Assembly: GCF_009834535.1 (NCBI RefSeq)
Contig: NC_045707.1
Coordinates: forward strand, 46,688,001-46,752,000
Direction: 5' to 3'
Source of the DNA: Camelus ferus
Lineage: Eukaryota
DNA length: 64,000 nucleotides
This document shows positions 28,046 through 40,499 of the stretch, piece after piece. Position 1 is the stretch's first letter. Each line of letters begins with the position of its first letter. A model generated the notes under the pieces. The model made no database searches, was not told where the DNA came from, and saw nothing but the letters and a program-made list of their open reading frames with translations. Position numbers and translations under genes: made by a program.

Positions 28046-30971
28046 TTTGATGAAAGAAAAAAAATTCCAGTAATCAGATTGGAAACAAGGGAGCAATTTA
28101 TTTAGACAACTAATGAATTCTCCTTGCTTGAAAGGAGTCAATCAGAAGAGAGGATTATGGCTGCTGTAGAATAAATTCTTGCACTGGGAGGGAAGCTCAA
28201 CTAACCAAATTTAGGTACCCTCCCAGCTTTAAGATTCTATCCTTCTGTAATTCAACATGGCCTACAGATGCTTGCTTAGTGTCATCATATCCAACCTCTC
28301 CCACTTCTTGGCCAACCAGCCCAAATATGACATCAGCTGAGAAGGTCATTGAGGGAAGGAGAAATAGAACAGGAGGACTGATGAGAAATATACCAGAACA
28401 CCAAGCCAAAATTTGATGACTTACATCAATGTGACAGTCCTGAAATAGCAAGCTTCCAACAAGTAGGAAGTTAAAAAATAATCTTCAGATAAAGGGAAGC
28501 AATGAAACTGACCAAATAACAGGTTAATATGAAACTTACAGAGGAACCGGAAAAAAATCCCTGAAACAGGCCATAGCGTTTTGGCAGATGAATGGGAAGG
28601 GTAGCCAGGAGACTCAGAATGGTACAGTCAGGGAATGACTAAAGCATGAGCCAGAACCTTGGCGGCAGCTACGGTCAAATATCTCTGAATTGTGCAGAGG
28701 TCAAAGAAATGATGATGGCAAAATTTCATGAATGCAGCAATTAAAGCTAAGAACAGATCAACCCAAATCTGGGGATGAGCGTGAGCAGAACTCAACTCAC
28801 TCCAGAAAATAGAAAGATGCTGACTGCCAGGATATGTCTATCAAAACCCAAAAAAACTAAACCATGGAAGCTGATCCAACAGCCTAGCAATCCTCAACAG
28901 AGGCCATTGGCTAGAACCAGGGGGGAATCATAACCTAATTCTACCGTTCGAATTACTGGAAGAGGAAATGTCTACTACGTCATCCACAAAAAGACCAAAA
29001 GAAGGTAACTATTGTGGAGACTTTAAAAGTGGAACTCCTCAAATGGAAATAGAGTGAGCTTAAAGGGCTGAGGTATGTAACGTGCAACTTGGCATGTGTT
29101 TGCTTTTGCTTGGCTCCCTGGAAGATGCTTTGATCATTCTTTAGGAGCCCCAATTCCCTTCCATATAAGCTGCTGTGTAGTCAGTTTCCAATTGTGATCA
29201 TAGTATTGATTACACAGAAAGAGCTGGAATGTTTAGGATTTATATGAACTTGGGAGTTGGCTTAATATTGAAGATGACCCAGGAGGTTCTAAATAGTGTC
29301 CTTGCAGCTGAGACATCTGGAGCCTCAGGATCCATTTGGAGTTATTCCAAGAGGGTAAGAGAACTTAAGATAAGATCACCAGTTGAGGCCTGCCCAACAT
29401 GGACAGATGTCTCTAAATTAGGGCAGAAGTCACAGTTTCATCTTTGCTGAGACCAGCTCTACTCATGATGGCCTCTCTGCTTACTTTGGAATGTAAGTTG
29501 TTAAGGAGAAGGGGGCCAAGCTGAGGAGAAAAGTATGAGAGGAGAGGGAGCTTAACCCATAAAAATTGTTCTGAGAGTTTAAACCTTTAACTTGAGCTTG
29601 CGATGTCACACTGTCTACTACAACAGAGTCTCCATGGGCTAAATCATAAATCACATGTCTTGCAAGTCACATGGAATAATATCACCATTATGGAGTCAAT
29701 GAAGTTGTCTCTCTCATAGGCCATGAATCCTATGGGGAGGGTCCTCAGTAATATTAATAAGAGACCCAGAACAAAAGAGATCAAAGACCCATGGCATCCT
29801 CAAGAAATACAATTTTAAAATGAGAGGAAATTGCCCTACATTTTGGAGAACACTCTCATGAGTTCTGCAGGCTATGGAATCATAGCGGTTTAGGTTGGTA
29901 TCCTATTTTCACATTCCTTAGTATGTGACCCAAGTAAGGGACCTAACTCTTTGAGTCTTAGTCTTCTACTCTATGAAACAAGGAAATATCATATGGCTTC
30001 TAAGGCTACAATGAGGGTTAAATAATTAAAAGTAAAGCACTTAACACAGTATACTTTGGAAGCAGTAGAGGCTCATTAAGCAACAGCTGTTATTGTTATA
30101 ACTATAAAGGTATAACATAAAGGCACCTTCTTCAAGATCAGTGAGGATGTGCAGGGACAGTCCTCCATTACCCATCTCCCGTGATGAGGAGACATTTGCT
30201 GATTCACCCCACAGGTCCCACTGACTGAGGTACCCTCAAGTGAAAGACTGATATTTAAAGAACATTTTCTCCCACTCTCCATTTCCTTTGGTTGAGGCTT
30301 TAATAATGTCTAGATTCCTAGAATCTTGGCAGGTAAGATAAACTAGTAAATAATATTTGCTACCCCACAGGAGATTCTACGATTATGGATCTCTGTATGA
30401 GAGCTTTTGCCTAAAGCCAGCTCCTTGCGGTAACAGTTTTGCAGAATGCTTAAGCCAACAGCTCGACTGGTTTCTGACATTAATTAGTTAATTAGCTAGT
30501 TAATTTATTGATTCATTAAACAAATGTTGATGAGCTTTTTCTAAGTGCCATGTACTGTTCTAGGTACCAGTCATAGCAAGTTCTGTAAAGAAAAATAATG
30601 CAGAGGATGGAGAGGGACAGTGTGGAGGTGGACAATGGAGTATGCTATTTTAAGTAAAATGTCTTTTCAGCTGAGCAGAGACTGACAGCAGGTGAGGGAA
30701 TAAGGCATAAAAATATCTGGGGAGAAGCTTTCAAAACAGAGGGAAAAGAATGTGCAGAGGCTCTGAGATGAATGTGCCTGGCATGTGTGAGGCACACCAG
30801 AAAGGCCTGAGTGGCTGACGTGGCATGAGCAATGGGAGGACGGGAGGAGATGGATGAGTGTGGTAGCAGGGAGACATTTTTATTCAAAATGACTTAGAAG
30901 TTTGTACATGGTAGTGACAGGAGTTGACACATTTTAAGTGCTTCACATAGACTGTGTATTAAGAATAGATA

Positions 30972-31865
30972 GAAATGATCAATAGGCACGTGAAAACATG
31001 CTCAATATCACTAATTATCAGAGAAATGCAAATCAAAACTACAATGAGGTATCACCTCACACCAGTCAGAATGGCCATCTTTCAAAAGTCCACAAATGAC
31101 AAATGCTGGAGAGGCTGTGGAGAAAAGGGAACACTCCTACATTGCTGGCGGGAATGCAGGTTGGTGCAGCCACTGTGGAAAACAGTATGGAGATTCCTCA
31201 AAAGACTAGGAATAGACTTACCATATGACCCAGTAATCCCACACCTGGGCATATACCCAGAAGGAACCCTACTTCAAAAAGACACCTGCACCCCAATGTT
31301 CATAGCAGCACTATTTACAATAGCCAAGATATGGAAACAGCCTAAATGTCCATCAACAGATGACTGGATAAAGAAGAGGTGGTATATTTATACAATGGAA
31401 TACTATTCAGCCATAAAAATGACAACATAACACCATTTGCAGCAACATGGATGTCCCTGGAGAATATCATTCTAAGTGAAGTAAACCAGGAAGAGAAAGA
31501 AAAATACCGTATGGATCACTCATATGTGGAACCTACAAAAAAAAAAAAAAAAAGAACATAAATACAAAACAGAAACACTCATAGACATAGAATACAAACT
31601 TGTGGTTGCCAAGGGGGCAGGGGATGGGAAGGGACAGATTGGTATTTCAAAATTTGTAGATACTGACAGGCATATGCAGAATAGATAAAAAAGATTACAC
31701 TGTATAGCATAGGGAAATATATACAAGATCTTATGGTAGCTCACAGCAAAAAAAAAAGTGACAATGAATATATGTATGTTCATGTATAACTGAAAAATTG
31801 TGCTCTACATTGGAATTTGATACAACATTGTAAAATGACTATAACTCAGTAAAAAAATGTTAAAA
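30972..31865 (+). mobile_element. Young 5'-truncated L1 with open ORF2 cysteine-rich C-terminus (30975-31430)
   Basis: [18 protein letters not shown] motif in a 151-aa open frame; near-TSD aagaatagata (30961-71) / aataatagata (31866-76). Confidence 0.95.
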
Positions 31866-32093
31866 AATAATAGATAATAAAGGGGAGAGCAATCATAGTA
31901 GAGGGGTAGTTAATCACAATCATCTAGACAAGAGATAATGGTGGGTTTGGATGGTAGTGGTACAGGTGATGAAATATGGTCAACTTCTGGTCATACTTTG
32001 AAGTGAGAGCCACTGGGATTTACTAATTGATTAGATATGGAGGATGAGAGAGAAAAATTAGGGACAAATCTGAGGGGTTTTTTCTGGGTAACT

Positions 32094-32415
32094 GTGATGG
32101 TTAATTTTATGTGTCAACTTGACTGGGCCACAGGATGCCAGACATTGGCCAAACATTGTTCTGGGTGTGTCTGTGAGAGTGTTTCTGAATGAGATTAACA
32201 TTTGAATCAGGAGACTAAATAAAGTAGATTGCCCTCCCTAATGTGGGTGAGCCTCATTCAATCAGTTGAAAGCCCAAGTAGAGCAAAAGGCTGACCCTCT
32301 TTAAAGGTAGATGGAATGCCTCTTGGGCTAGAACTTCCACCATCAGCCCTCCTGATTCTCAGGCCTTTGGACTCAGACTGGAACTACACTTCAGCATTCC
32401 TGGGTCTCCAGTTTT
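32094..32415 (+). mobile_element. MLT2 (ERVL) LTR fragment
   Basis: Diagnostic start 'tgtgatggttaattttatgtgtcaacttgactgg'. Confidence 0.85.
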
Positions 32416-34817
32416 CCAACTTCAAGATCTTACATACACAAGTGGAAATGATGAGCGGACACTTGGATATAAAAGTCTGGAGTTTAGGAAAGAGGTCAAG
32501 GCTAGGGATAGAAAGGCAAGTGTTTATCATTAGGTAAATTTTATCTAATGTGGCATGGGACTGAATGAGATCACCCAGGGAATGAATATAGAGAGGAAAC
32601 GAGTAGCTCAAGGACTGAACCCTTTGGCATGTCAATGTTTAGAGATCAAGAAGCTGAAAGAAATCTAGCAAAGGAGCCTGAAAGGGAGCTTCTCAGCAGG
32701 GCTGAGAGTGGTATCCTAGAAGCCAAGTGTTGAGTTTTGTTCTGGTTGCCAGTTAATTTATTTGCAGCTTAGCTTGATTTTCTCAAGATTTGGTCTTAGG
32801 CTTTCTTAGGGCAGGTCTACAGTTGGTCTTACTTTAGGGCTAGAGTAACACTACTCCTACTATTTATTCTGGAGTCTCAGTTAAGTTCTGTGGATTTTTA
32901 GTGAGGGCTTTACTCTCTGGTTTATCAGAACTGAAATATCTCTGGAATCCCCATTCAGCTCACACCTCACAAACAGTTGTTCTCTGTCAGACCTCAGAGC
33001 TTCACCCTGGACATGTGCAGCTTAAACCAAGACTCAAGGAGATCCTTACTCATACTTCTGAGCCTCTCTCCTCTCAGGTGACTTATCCTAAAAATTCCAG
33101 CATCTTCAGCTTCCCTGAATTCTGATCTGTCTTTTCTCTAACCGGAAAAACCACCACACTCTTTGGGTTTGGGTTTCACTTCCCCGTGCAATGTGGCATG
33201 GGGCGAACTTTTTCTCACGTATTGAATTTTTCACAGGGGTGAATGGGAACTTCACTACGTGTAGTTTCCTTCTCTCAAAGATTATGGTCCTCTATTGGCT
33301 ATTGTCTAATATCCACATACCCCTTCTTTATACATTTTCCCTAGCATTATAATTGTTTAAAGAGGGAAGGCAATCTGATACCTATTTTTCCATTATGGCT
33401 GAAATTGGAAGCTGTATTCATTAAGTTTTTGCTCTGCTGTAGGACCCTAGGAATTTTGCAAGTCCCTAGGGGTGGCAGGGCTGGGAGAACAAAAGGAGGA
33501 AGAAGCCTCTACTGTTTAGGCTCCAAAATTTCCATCCTGGAAGAGCTTAAGAGCAACACCCAAGTTCCAAAGAAGAAGTTTGAAGTGCATATAAATACCA
33601 CTTCTGCATAGCAAGAAAATATCTACTGTCTATTTCAAAAATGGGAGGATGCTTTGTTGATGGACGATATGAAGGAGGTAGGGCCCCTGTAGCCTATTTT
33701 GAGACATGACTACAAAACACCCATTTTTTAACAGTACTGTAGGCTGGAGGTTGAAATGCGATTTCAATTGACTAAGGAAAATGAAGCAATGTGGTCTTTC
33801 TTGTACATAGTTTGGGGAGTAAGTTTTAAATCCTCTAAAGAAACTCTCATAAAGACAATTAGTCAAGGGACTATCTTTGCTGTGGCCATCTACCCTCATG
33901 AGATACTTAGTTCTAATTATTAGAAAATTAAAAGAAATACTTAAACTATTGAAACCTAACCAAGTGCTCCTATAAACTCTTGAAAATAATACTAGCAATA
34001 ATTAAGGGGGGGGGGTCCTTCTGTCAATGTAAAACTGTGAACCATAAATACTAAAGGAATTACGTTTTCTCTAGTGCACTTAGAGTAATGAAGAAGATAA
34101 AAGTGAGAAACACCTCCACTTAAGATGTATATTTATCCGTCTGCAACAATTACCTTCCTGATAACTGCAACAAAATACATTGTAAACGATTAGCTAAGAA
34201 TCCTCTTTATAACTCACAAAAAAGAAATAAAATTTTCATCTTTAAAGGAGAAAAAAGTCTGTTTGAAGGCACTCATTCCAGCATATATTTTTGAGCTTCA
34301 TGAGAAGAAACGCTCTCTGGCTCATTTCAGCAGTAAAACGATTTTATTTTTAAAGAAATTAAACCACTAAAGGGCACTAAAGGAGGCCCAAAGATGAAGG
34401 ATTGCCACCAGGAAGAATGTCCCTATCTGTGCTGCAGCACTGCCCTAGGGAAGCCATCAGAGGCCCCCCCAACTGGGGCTTCCTCCATAGCCAGGCACTG
34501 GAGGTCACCCCTCGACCCTCTGTGACAACAGTTTCAACAGACTGATGTCTCTGCCTTCATCCTTGCCAGATGGATTCTGTGCAGGGCTTACCACTCACCA
34601 TCACCAGCTTCAAAATAAATTCAGAATGGATGTGCCTGACTGGTGGACCTAGGTTCCATGGTTGCATTCCTGCTACACAGGATCTAGGAAAGTGAGTTTC
34701 TGGCTATGCTTCAGAGAGAAGTGCATTCATAAAATGGAAAATCACCCCAAACACAAGGACAATATCAACCATAGGTGCTAAGCATAAGCCAACAAATAAA
34801 AGAATGGATAAATACTT

Positions 34818-35340
34818 TTTTCTAGGAGTTTTAATGGTTTCAGGTCTTAAATTTAAGCCTTTAATCCATTTTTAGTTTCTTTTGTATATGGTGTGAGAAA
34901 GTAGTCCTGCCTGATTCTTTTGCAAGTAGCTGTCCAGTTTCCCAACATCATTCATTAAAGAGGCTTTTTCCCCATTGTATTTTCTTTCTTCCTTTGTTGT
35001 AGATTAACTGGCCTTATAAACTTTTGCACAATGAAGGAAACTATCAACAACACAAAAAGGTAGCCTACTGTGCCTACTGAATGGGAGAAGATATTAGGAA
35101 ATGATATCTCTGATAAGGGGTTACTATCCAAAATGTACAAAGAATTCATACAACTTAACATCAAAAAACCAAACAAGCCAATTGAAAATTGGGCAGAGGA
35201 CCTCAATAGACATTATTCTACAGAAGACATACAGATGGCAAGCAGATACATGAAAAGATGCTCAACATCACTCATCATCAGGGATTTGCACATCAAAACC
35301 ACGATGAGATATTACCTCACACCTGTCAGAAAGGCTACCA
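34818..35340. mobile_element. L1 ORF2 fragment with 5' inversion (minus strand 34818-35012, plus strand 35013-35340)
   Basis: Minus part is homologous to about 5815-6015 and plus part to about 6124-6430 of the large L1. Confidence 0.85.
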
Positions 35341-38036
35341 AAGCACAGCCCAGAACACCTAAGTAGAGGGACTAAATTCCTCCACCCAACGTCTGATCTC
35401 TTGCCAGTGCCTCCCATTGGCCAAATCTAATCAGGAGCCAGAGGTTAGGAGTCTGGGTGACATAGTCTGTAGAAGTCAGCCTCTTGGGATAGAGAGTAGG
35501 ATGGAAGGGGCTGTAGATTCCATCTGGAGAGGTACCAGAGAATAACCAGCTCACTGTTTCTCTAAGCTAGGGGTTACTTATTTAGATTAATTCCCCCATC
35601 TTCCAAATTTGCAGAAATAAAGGTACACAGACTGGAAGTGACTTATCCAAATCTCCTTCTCACTCCCAATAATGCCCTTTTCAGCTCATACGGGTGACAA
35701 ATTCCTTGGGCACCCCTTTCCTCCACTTTCACAGAAGACACCTTAAATTGACCTTTATACTCATTCTTGTTGAATCCAGATTTGGCCTCACAATCTTTCT
35801 CAACACAGCCCACCTGGCAGCCACAACTACAACAGGCACAAGAAATGAGAATTATTTGCCATGCCTGTACTGCACCAGGCTGACATCCACTCCACAAATT
35901 CTTCAATAAATTAATGAGCAGAATAAGGTCTAGTATAATTAACACCCTTGGAGTCCACAAAGGATTGTTTCAGTTATTTGTTAGATGATCTCTTTGAGAA
36001 TTAATGTTTATTATGCCCAGTTGTCTCTATTTTGGTTACTGGCACAAATTCACAGTTTGTTTACAAGAGTTAATAAACACCAAGCTGCAACTTGTTGTCT
36101 TGCCAACAATAGCACCACCCTCCCCATTCATTCAGATGATTTTTCTCTGTATGCCGCTGTCAAGTGTCAAAGAGGGTAGGATTATAGTTGGGAGGTGTGT
36201 CTTCCTGGCATGGAAGGCAATAACTGCAAAGATGCAGCTGTACTCCAGTTATTTCTCTCTGAAAGTGGGCTGATGGCAAACCAATTCCCTAGGCAGTCTG
36301 TAAAGCGGCGCCTAGGCTCCAGGTCCCCTTTTTCTTTAACAGATGAGGAAATGCAAACATAGGAAGATATGCTTTTGTGGTTTCCGCAAGATCATACAGC
36401 GCTTTCGGGTAGGCCTGGAACCCAGCTGCCTGACTCACACCTCTAATGCTCTAGGAAAGACTGATAAATGGGCCACTTTGAACAATGGTGCTGCCACAAG
36501 CATCCCATCACAAATCTAACCAGAATACACCAAAATGAGGAAAGATGACAGAAAACATAGTAAACTGGTGGCCACATCCAGCTGTGCATGTATTTTGTTT
36601 GGTCTGCACAGCATCTTAAAAAATTAATTTGGTTGCCAATATCTTTAAATTTAGGTGTTTAAATGATCAGTTTCTGACGTCCCTGGGAAGATATGGTATT
36701 ATCTGGCTGTCTTCCTCCAGGGCAGTATTTCCTTGGTGAGGAATAGTTGCTGCCTCTCTGTTTCCTGGCTACAGGGCTCACCACCCCTCACTGTGTCCTT
36801 GTCCCCAGGTGGAAGGGTGCATTGCCTGTGTTGTCTTGATGAGGCATGCTTCACTCCCTACATCACCTGCCTGACCTGCCAGATTTTGCTTGTGACCTCT
36901 GACTAGGGAAAACCACAACAGCCTGCAAATGATTTAAAGGCTGAGAGAGGAAGAGGCTTACTCTGCATTGCAGAGAAAGAACCAGCACCAATGAGGAGCT
37001 GGGGGGAGGAGAGGAGAGAAAAGGAGGGGAGGGGCGGCGGGGGAGCATTCTGGGAACATGGACTTTAGCTCAGTGTCAGAATGAATTAAAGACAGTCCTG
37101 AAACTGTCAGGGAAAGTATTTGGACACAGATGCCCATCTATCAGGAATAATGAAGAAAGGATTCCTCCATTGCCTTGGGGACTGGACTCTACCATTTAAG
37201 GAATTCTTCACGGCTCAGATATTAAACCTTGATTTGGATAAGACAGTCACATCATTTTAAAGATGTTAAAAGGTGTACAGTAGAAAGTCGGTCTCCTTCC
37301 ATTTGTGTCCCTCAGGCCTCAGCTCCCCACAAGAAGGCAGCCCTTATGCCTTTCTTACATGTCTTTCCAGAGATGTCCCACGCCCATGCGCACTATGTAT
37401 TTTCCCTTAGGTAAGTGATAATTCACTATAAAACAGAGAGAGAGCAGCCCTGCAGATTCTCAGATTTACCAGTATGCACACAATTTTACCTGGAAAACCT
37501 CAAAAACACATAACCAATCATGTTAGTCTCCCACCTAACATCCTCCAACGGTTTCCCGTCTGGTACAGAGAAGACATTAAAACACAGTCACTGAACCAAT
37601 GATGAGGCTCACTAGAGAGGAAAAGGAAGATCACAGGATTCACTACTCACACCCCATACCATTTTTTGGCAAATATGGGTAACTTGTTTTCTCAGAAGCA
37701 AGAAAGCATTTTTATGATTGAAAAAACACCCCACCTGATTCCAAATGTCCCTTTTCTGTTATTTAAAGATAAATCACACCCTATGAGATGGGAAATAAAG
37801 ATTTCCTTTGATCTAGCTCCGGCTTAGCTCTGAAAAGCTTTGATCTTCTCCATTCTCTGACAAATGAATATCCATTGGTAATAAGCAGCCACTAAACTGA
37901 TCATAATTTTCTATGCCCAGAACAACAGACCAACCAGCTGATGTTTGGAAAGGGCATTCGAGGAAAAGAAAAATAATTTATAAGAATACAATGGAAACCC
38001 AAATTAAGTGCCCCCCAAACAATCATATTTAAGAAC

Positions 38037-39074
38037 TGTTAAAAACAAGACAACAGGTCCCAAATGGAGTCACATGCTAAGCCCCACATAACCAAATGGT
38101 GACTTAACTACAGTTTTGGCTCTCCCAGAAATGGAACTTTAAACCAGTAAGTCAGGAACCATCTGGTCAGGACTAGTGAGGTGATCTGCCTGATAGACCC
38201 TGCCGTCCCCTAAAGGACAATCACTTTGCAACAACCAACCGCTTCTTTGTCTCATTTATTTTCTTTGTCTCAGCTCCCTTCTGCCCATAAAAGTCTGTCA
38301 TTTCGAACAGCTCCCTGGGGCTCCTTTCTACCTGCTAAATTGGATGCTGCCCAATCTGAATCAATTTTTGCTCAAAAAAACTCTTAAAATGTTCAGCAAG
38401 CCTCGGTTTATCTTTTAACAGTTCCGTTAGTAACAGTAAGAGGAGGGAACGGAAGGAGACCCCCAGAGCTTAGGAACGACGAGCAACCAGACGGAGTACC
38501 TGCTGAGCCCCTGGGCTCGCTGCCTTCTCGTCGCCTCAGGAGGAGCCTGGTTCGTTCCTCTAGGAGTCTCCGTGGCTTTCGTCTCAGGAGCTTTCAGGCT
38601 TTACTGGAGCATTTCTTTTCCAGACTTGGCCTGGAAATGGCCGGAGTCGGAGTGGATTCCACTGAAAAACAGGATTGGGTTCAACGTGGGACTGGCGCTG
38701 ACTTAACTGGATGAGCCTAGCGTGATATATCAGGTGAATACAATTTTGTTTTAAGGCTGACCAAACAGGTAACCTTACCCAGGATAATCTTTAATTATAG
38801 TGGCCACAGGTGAGAACCTTTAACTTGGATAGGCTCATCTATTTACAACATGCCTTAGAGAAAAAGGAGTCTCAGCAAAGCCTTCACCTTAAAGGGTAGA
38901 GGAAAAACTATTTTCCCTTTTGTAGTTTCCAATGACCAGGAAGAACCTGGCTGGGACACCCCATGCACTTGTTTTCCCAGGGTCCCATCTGCTGGACTGG
39001 ATGGTGCCTGATTTGAATCAATGTTTACTCAAATACACTTAAAATTTTAATATGCCTCAGTTCATCTTTTAACA
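38037..39074 (+). mobile_element. ERV1-class proviral remnant: 5' LTR (38037-38420), leader, large deletion, 3' end of 3' LTR
   Basis: Both LTR ends finish 'tcttttaaca' with homologous preceding sequence; TSD gaac/gaat. Confidence 0.75.
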
Positions 39075-39182
39075 GAATCTAAAAAAATTTTTCCCATTAA
39101 GAAAAACTTAAATGTCATCTTCTAAAAAACTATACCTGTTAGAAACAGAGAGAAGCTGAAATTCCATGTCGTGGCAACTCAC

Positions 39183-39600
39183 GGTCTGTGTGATTCGCTC
39201 CACTCGTCTTTCTGCTGATGCCCCTCAAACTCTCCAAGCTCCCTGGGCCACTCTGAGCCCTCTAAGCTCACCTTCTCATCCATGAGGATTTCTTTCTCTA
39301 ACTGATACGGACTCAATGCCTTAATTAAGCACTCCGCCTCAACTAGCTCTTTTCTCAAAATACTTGCCAGCCGAGGGAGGCTGAAGAGGGATTCGAGGAG
39401 TTGAGCTGCCCAACTGGAAGGCACGAGGAGCTGACATGGAGCAAAACAGCACTTTATCGCAGTACAAGTGTGTGGCACGCGCTCAGGGGTACGCACTTGT
39501 CCTTTTAGTATGTTAGTGGCGCATGCGTATTGTTCATAATGCGGAACGCATGCTACTAGCGCATGCGTACATTTACTTTTTACCTCACACATATTCAAGT
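39183..39600 (-). promoter_or_regulatory. Candidate CpG-retaining promoter and first exon of a minus-strand transcript
   Basis: gcgcatgcgta direct repeat (NRF1-like) at 39519 and 39559; local CpG enrichment; ATG at 39283; donors AAG|GTGAGC (39272) and CC|GTGAGT (39183). Confidence 0.5.
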
Positions 39601-40418
39601 TATTGTGAACTTTGACCTGGGCCCCACAATCTACTCACTTAAGACTACCGACAATGTTACTATTGTTTTTGTTTTAATTCATGGAATTATAGAACTTTAG
39701 AGCTGCTATGGCCCCTGGAGCAAGTCATTTTCAATATTTAGCCTCATTTTGATCAATGTGGAAAACCAGTGTGGGTTATATCTGAGTCCTTATGACATTT
39801 TAGTTCATGTTTCAGTTGGAATGTTGAGATATGTGGGTCATGGGGCTCGGAACAAATAGGGTCTCTGAGACATGGGTGTGAAGTCCAGCCAGGGCTGGTG
39901 GAAGGTCACAGAGTGTCCAGAACACATGAAAACTCTGACTCTGCAGTCTATAGGAGAATCGGGTCAGGGCAGTTAACAGTTCTACTTGAAGAACCATACA
40001 GCCGTGAAGGGCAACCACAGTAAATATGATTTTATAGTCACTGGGAGACACTGCTGTGCAGTAGTAAGAAGTGTACTTAGCGATCGCCAACATTTTTAGT
40101 GCAGTTTTGGGTCTTTTAAAGTTTTTAATATTGCTACACCATATTCTATTTGAAAGTAGGCTGCAAACAGAAAAAGAATGGGAATCATCAACTTAAAAAG
40201 AGTATCAACTCCCCATCCCCCTGTTTAAAGCTAAGAAACTGAAGTCTTAAGAGGAGAAGGGATTTAAGGTTGAGCAACACAGCTGGCTTAGGGTATATAC
40301 AGCCAGGGCGAAAAAGCCAGGCCTCAGGACACCCAGTCAAGTGATTTTCCTACTACATCTTATTTCCTCTCTGAATCCATAAACCTAGATCATCAGAGTT
40401 AAAAATGAGTAGGAAAAA

Positions 40419-40499
40419 TACTTATAACTGAATCACTTTGCTGTACACCTGAAACTAACATCAGAAATCAACTACACTTCAATTAAAACATTTTTTTTT
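40419..40499 (+). mobile_element. About 80-bp L1 3' tail insertion
   Basis: 'ataactgaatcactttgctgtacacc'; TSD aaatgagtag(g)aaaaa at 40403-18 and 40500-14. Confidence 0.85.

Larger units (their letters stand above)
17138..29835 (-). pseudogene. Putative decayed multi-micro-exon class A GPCR (aminergic/TAAR-like) gene relic
   Basis: Colinear AG/GT-bounded micro-exons giving GNFL, LAHGD, LAPFSL, ICPCWAGLN, VSIFLFSG/FDR, W..VPILG, LFSDIASVFL, CYQLI, KEMK/TAKIV and LVNPAV; several stops and frameshifts; manual model only. Confidence 0.5.
30500..32730 (-). mobile_element. L2 LINE fragment interrupted by a young L1 and an MLT2 LTR
   Basis: L2 tail 'attcattaaacaaatgttgatgagc' and typical L2 body 'gagtttaggaaagagg', 'gaatgagatcacccaggg'. 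Confidence 0.75.

Noticed and set aside
27061..28560. Alternative open frame GFFSGSS-DCHID-WLMG, resembling PLAC1/OOSP 'CSxDWLM'
   Set aside because: Short match split across micro-exons, unlike those genes; the other phase fits TM4 W..P spacing better, although it has a stop
28979..29008. 30-nt hydrophobic candidate exon (YLLLVFLWMT)
   Set aside because: Weak donor (GTAGTA), and including it breaks TM3 spacing; left out of the model
39179..39598. 139-aa ORF containing MDEKV, the same start as the PP2A catalytic subunit
   Set aside because: Similarity ends after 5 residues, so it is not a PPP2C retrocopy; only the part from 39283 to the donor is a plausible exon
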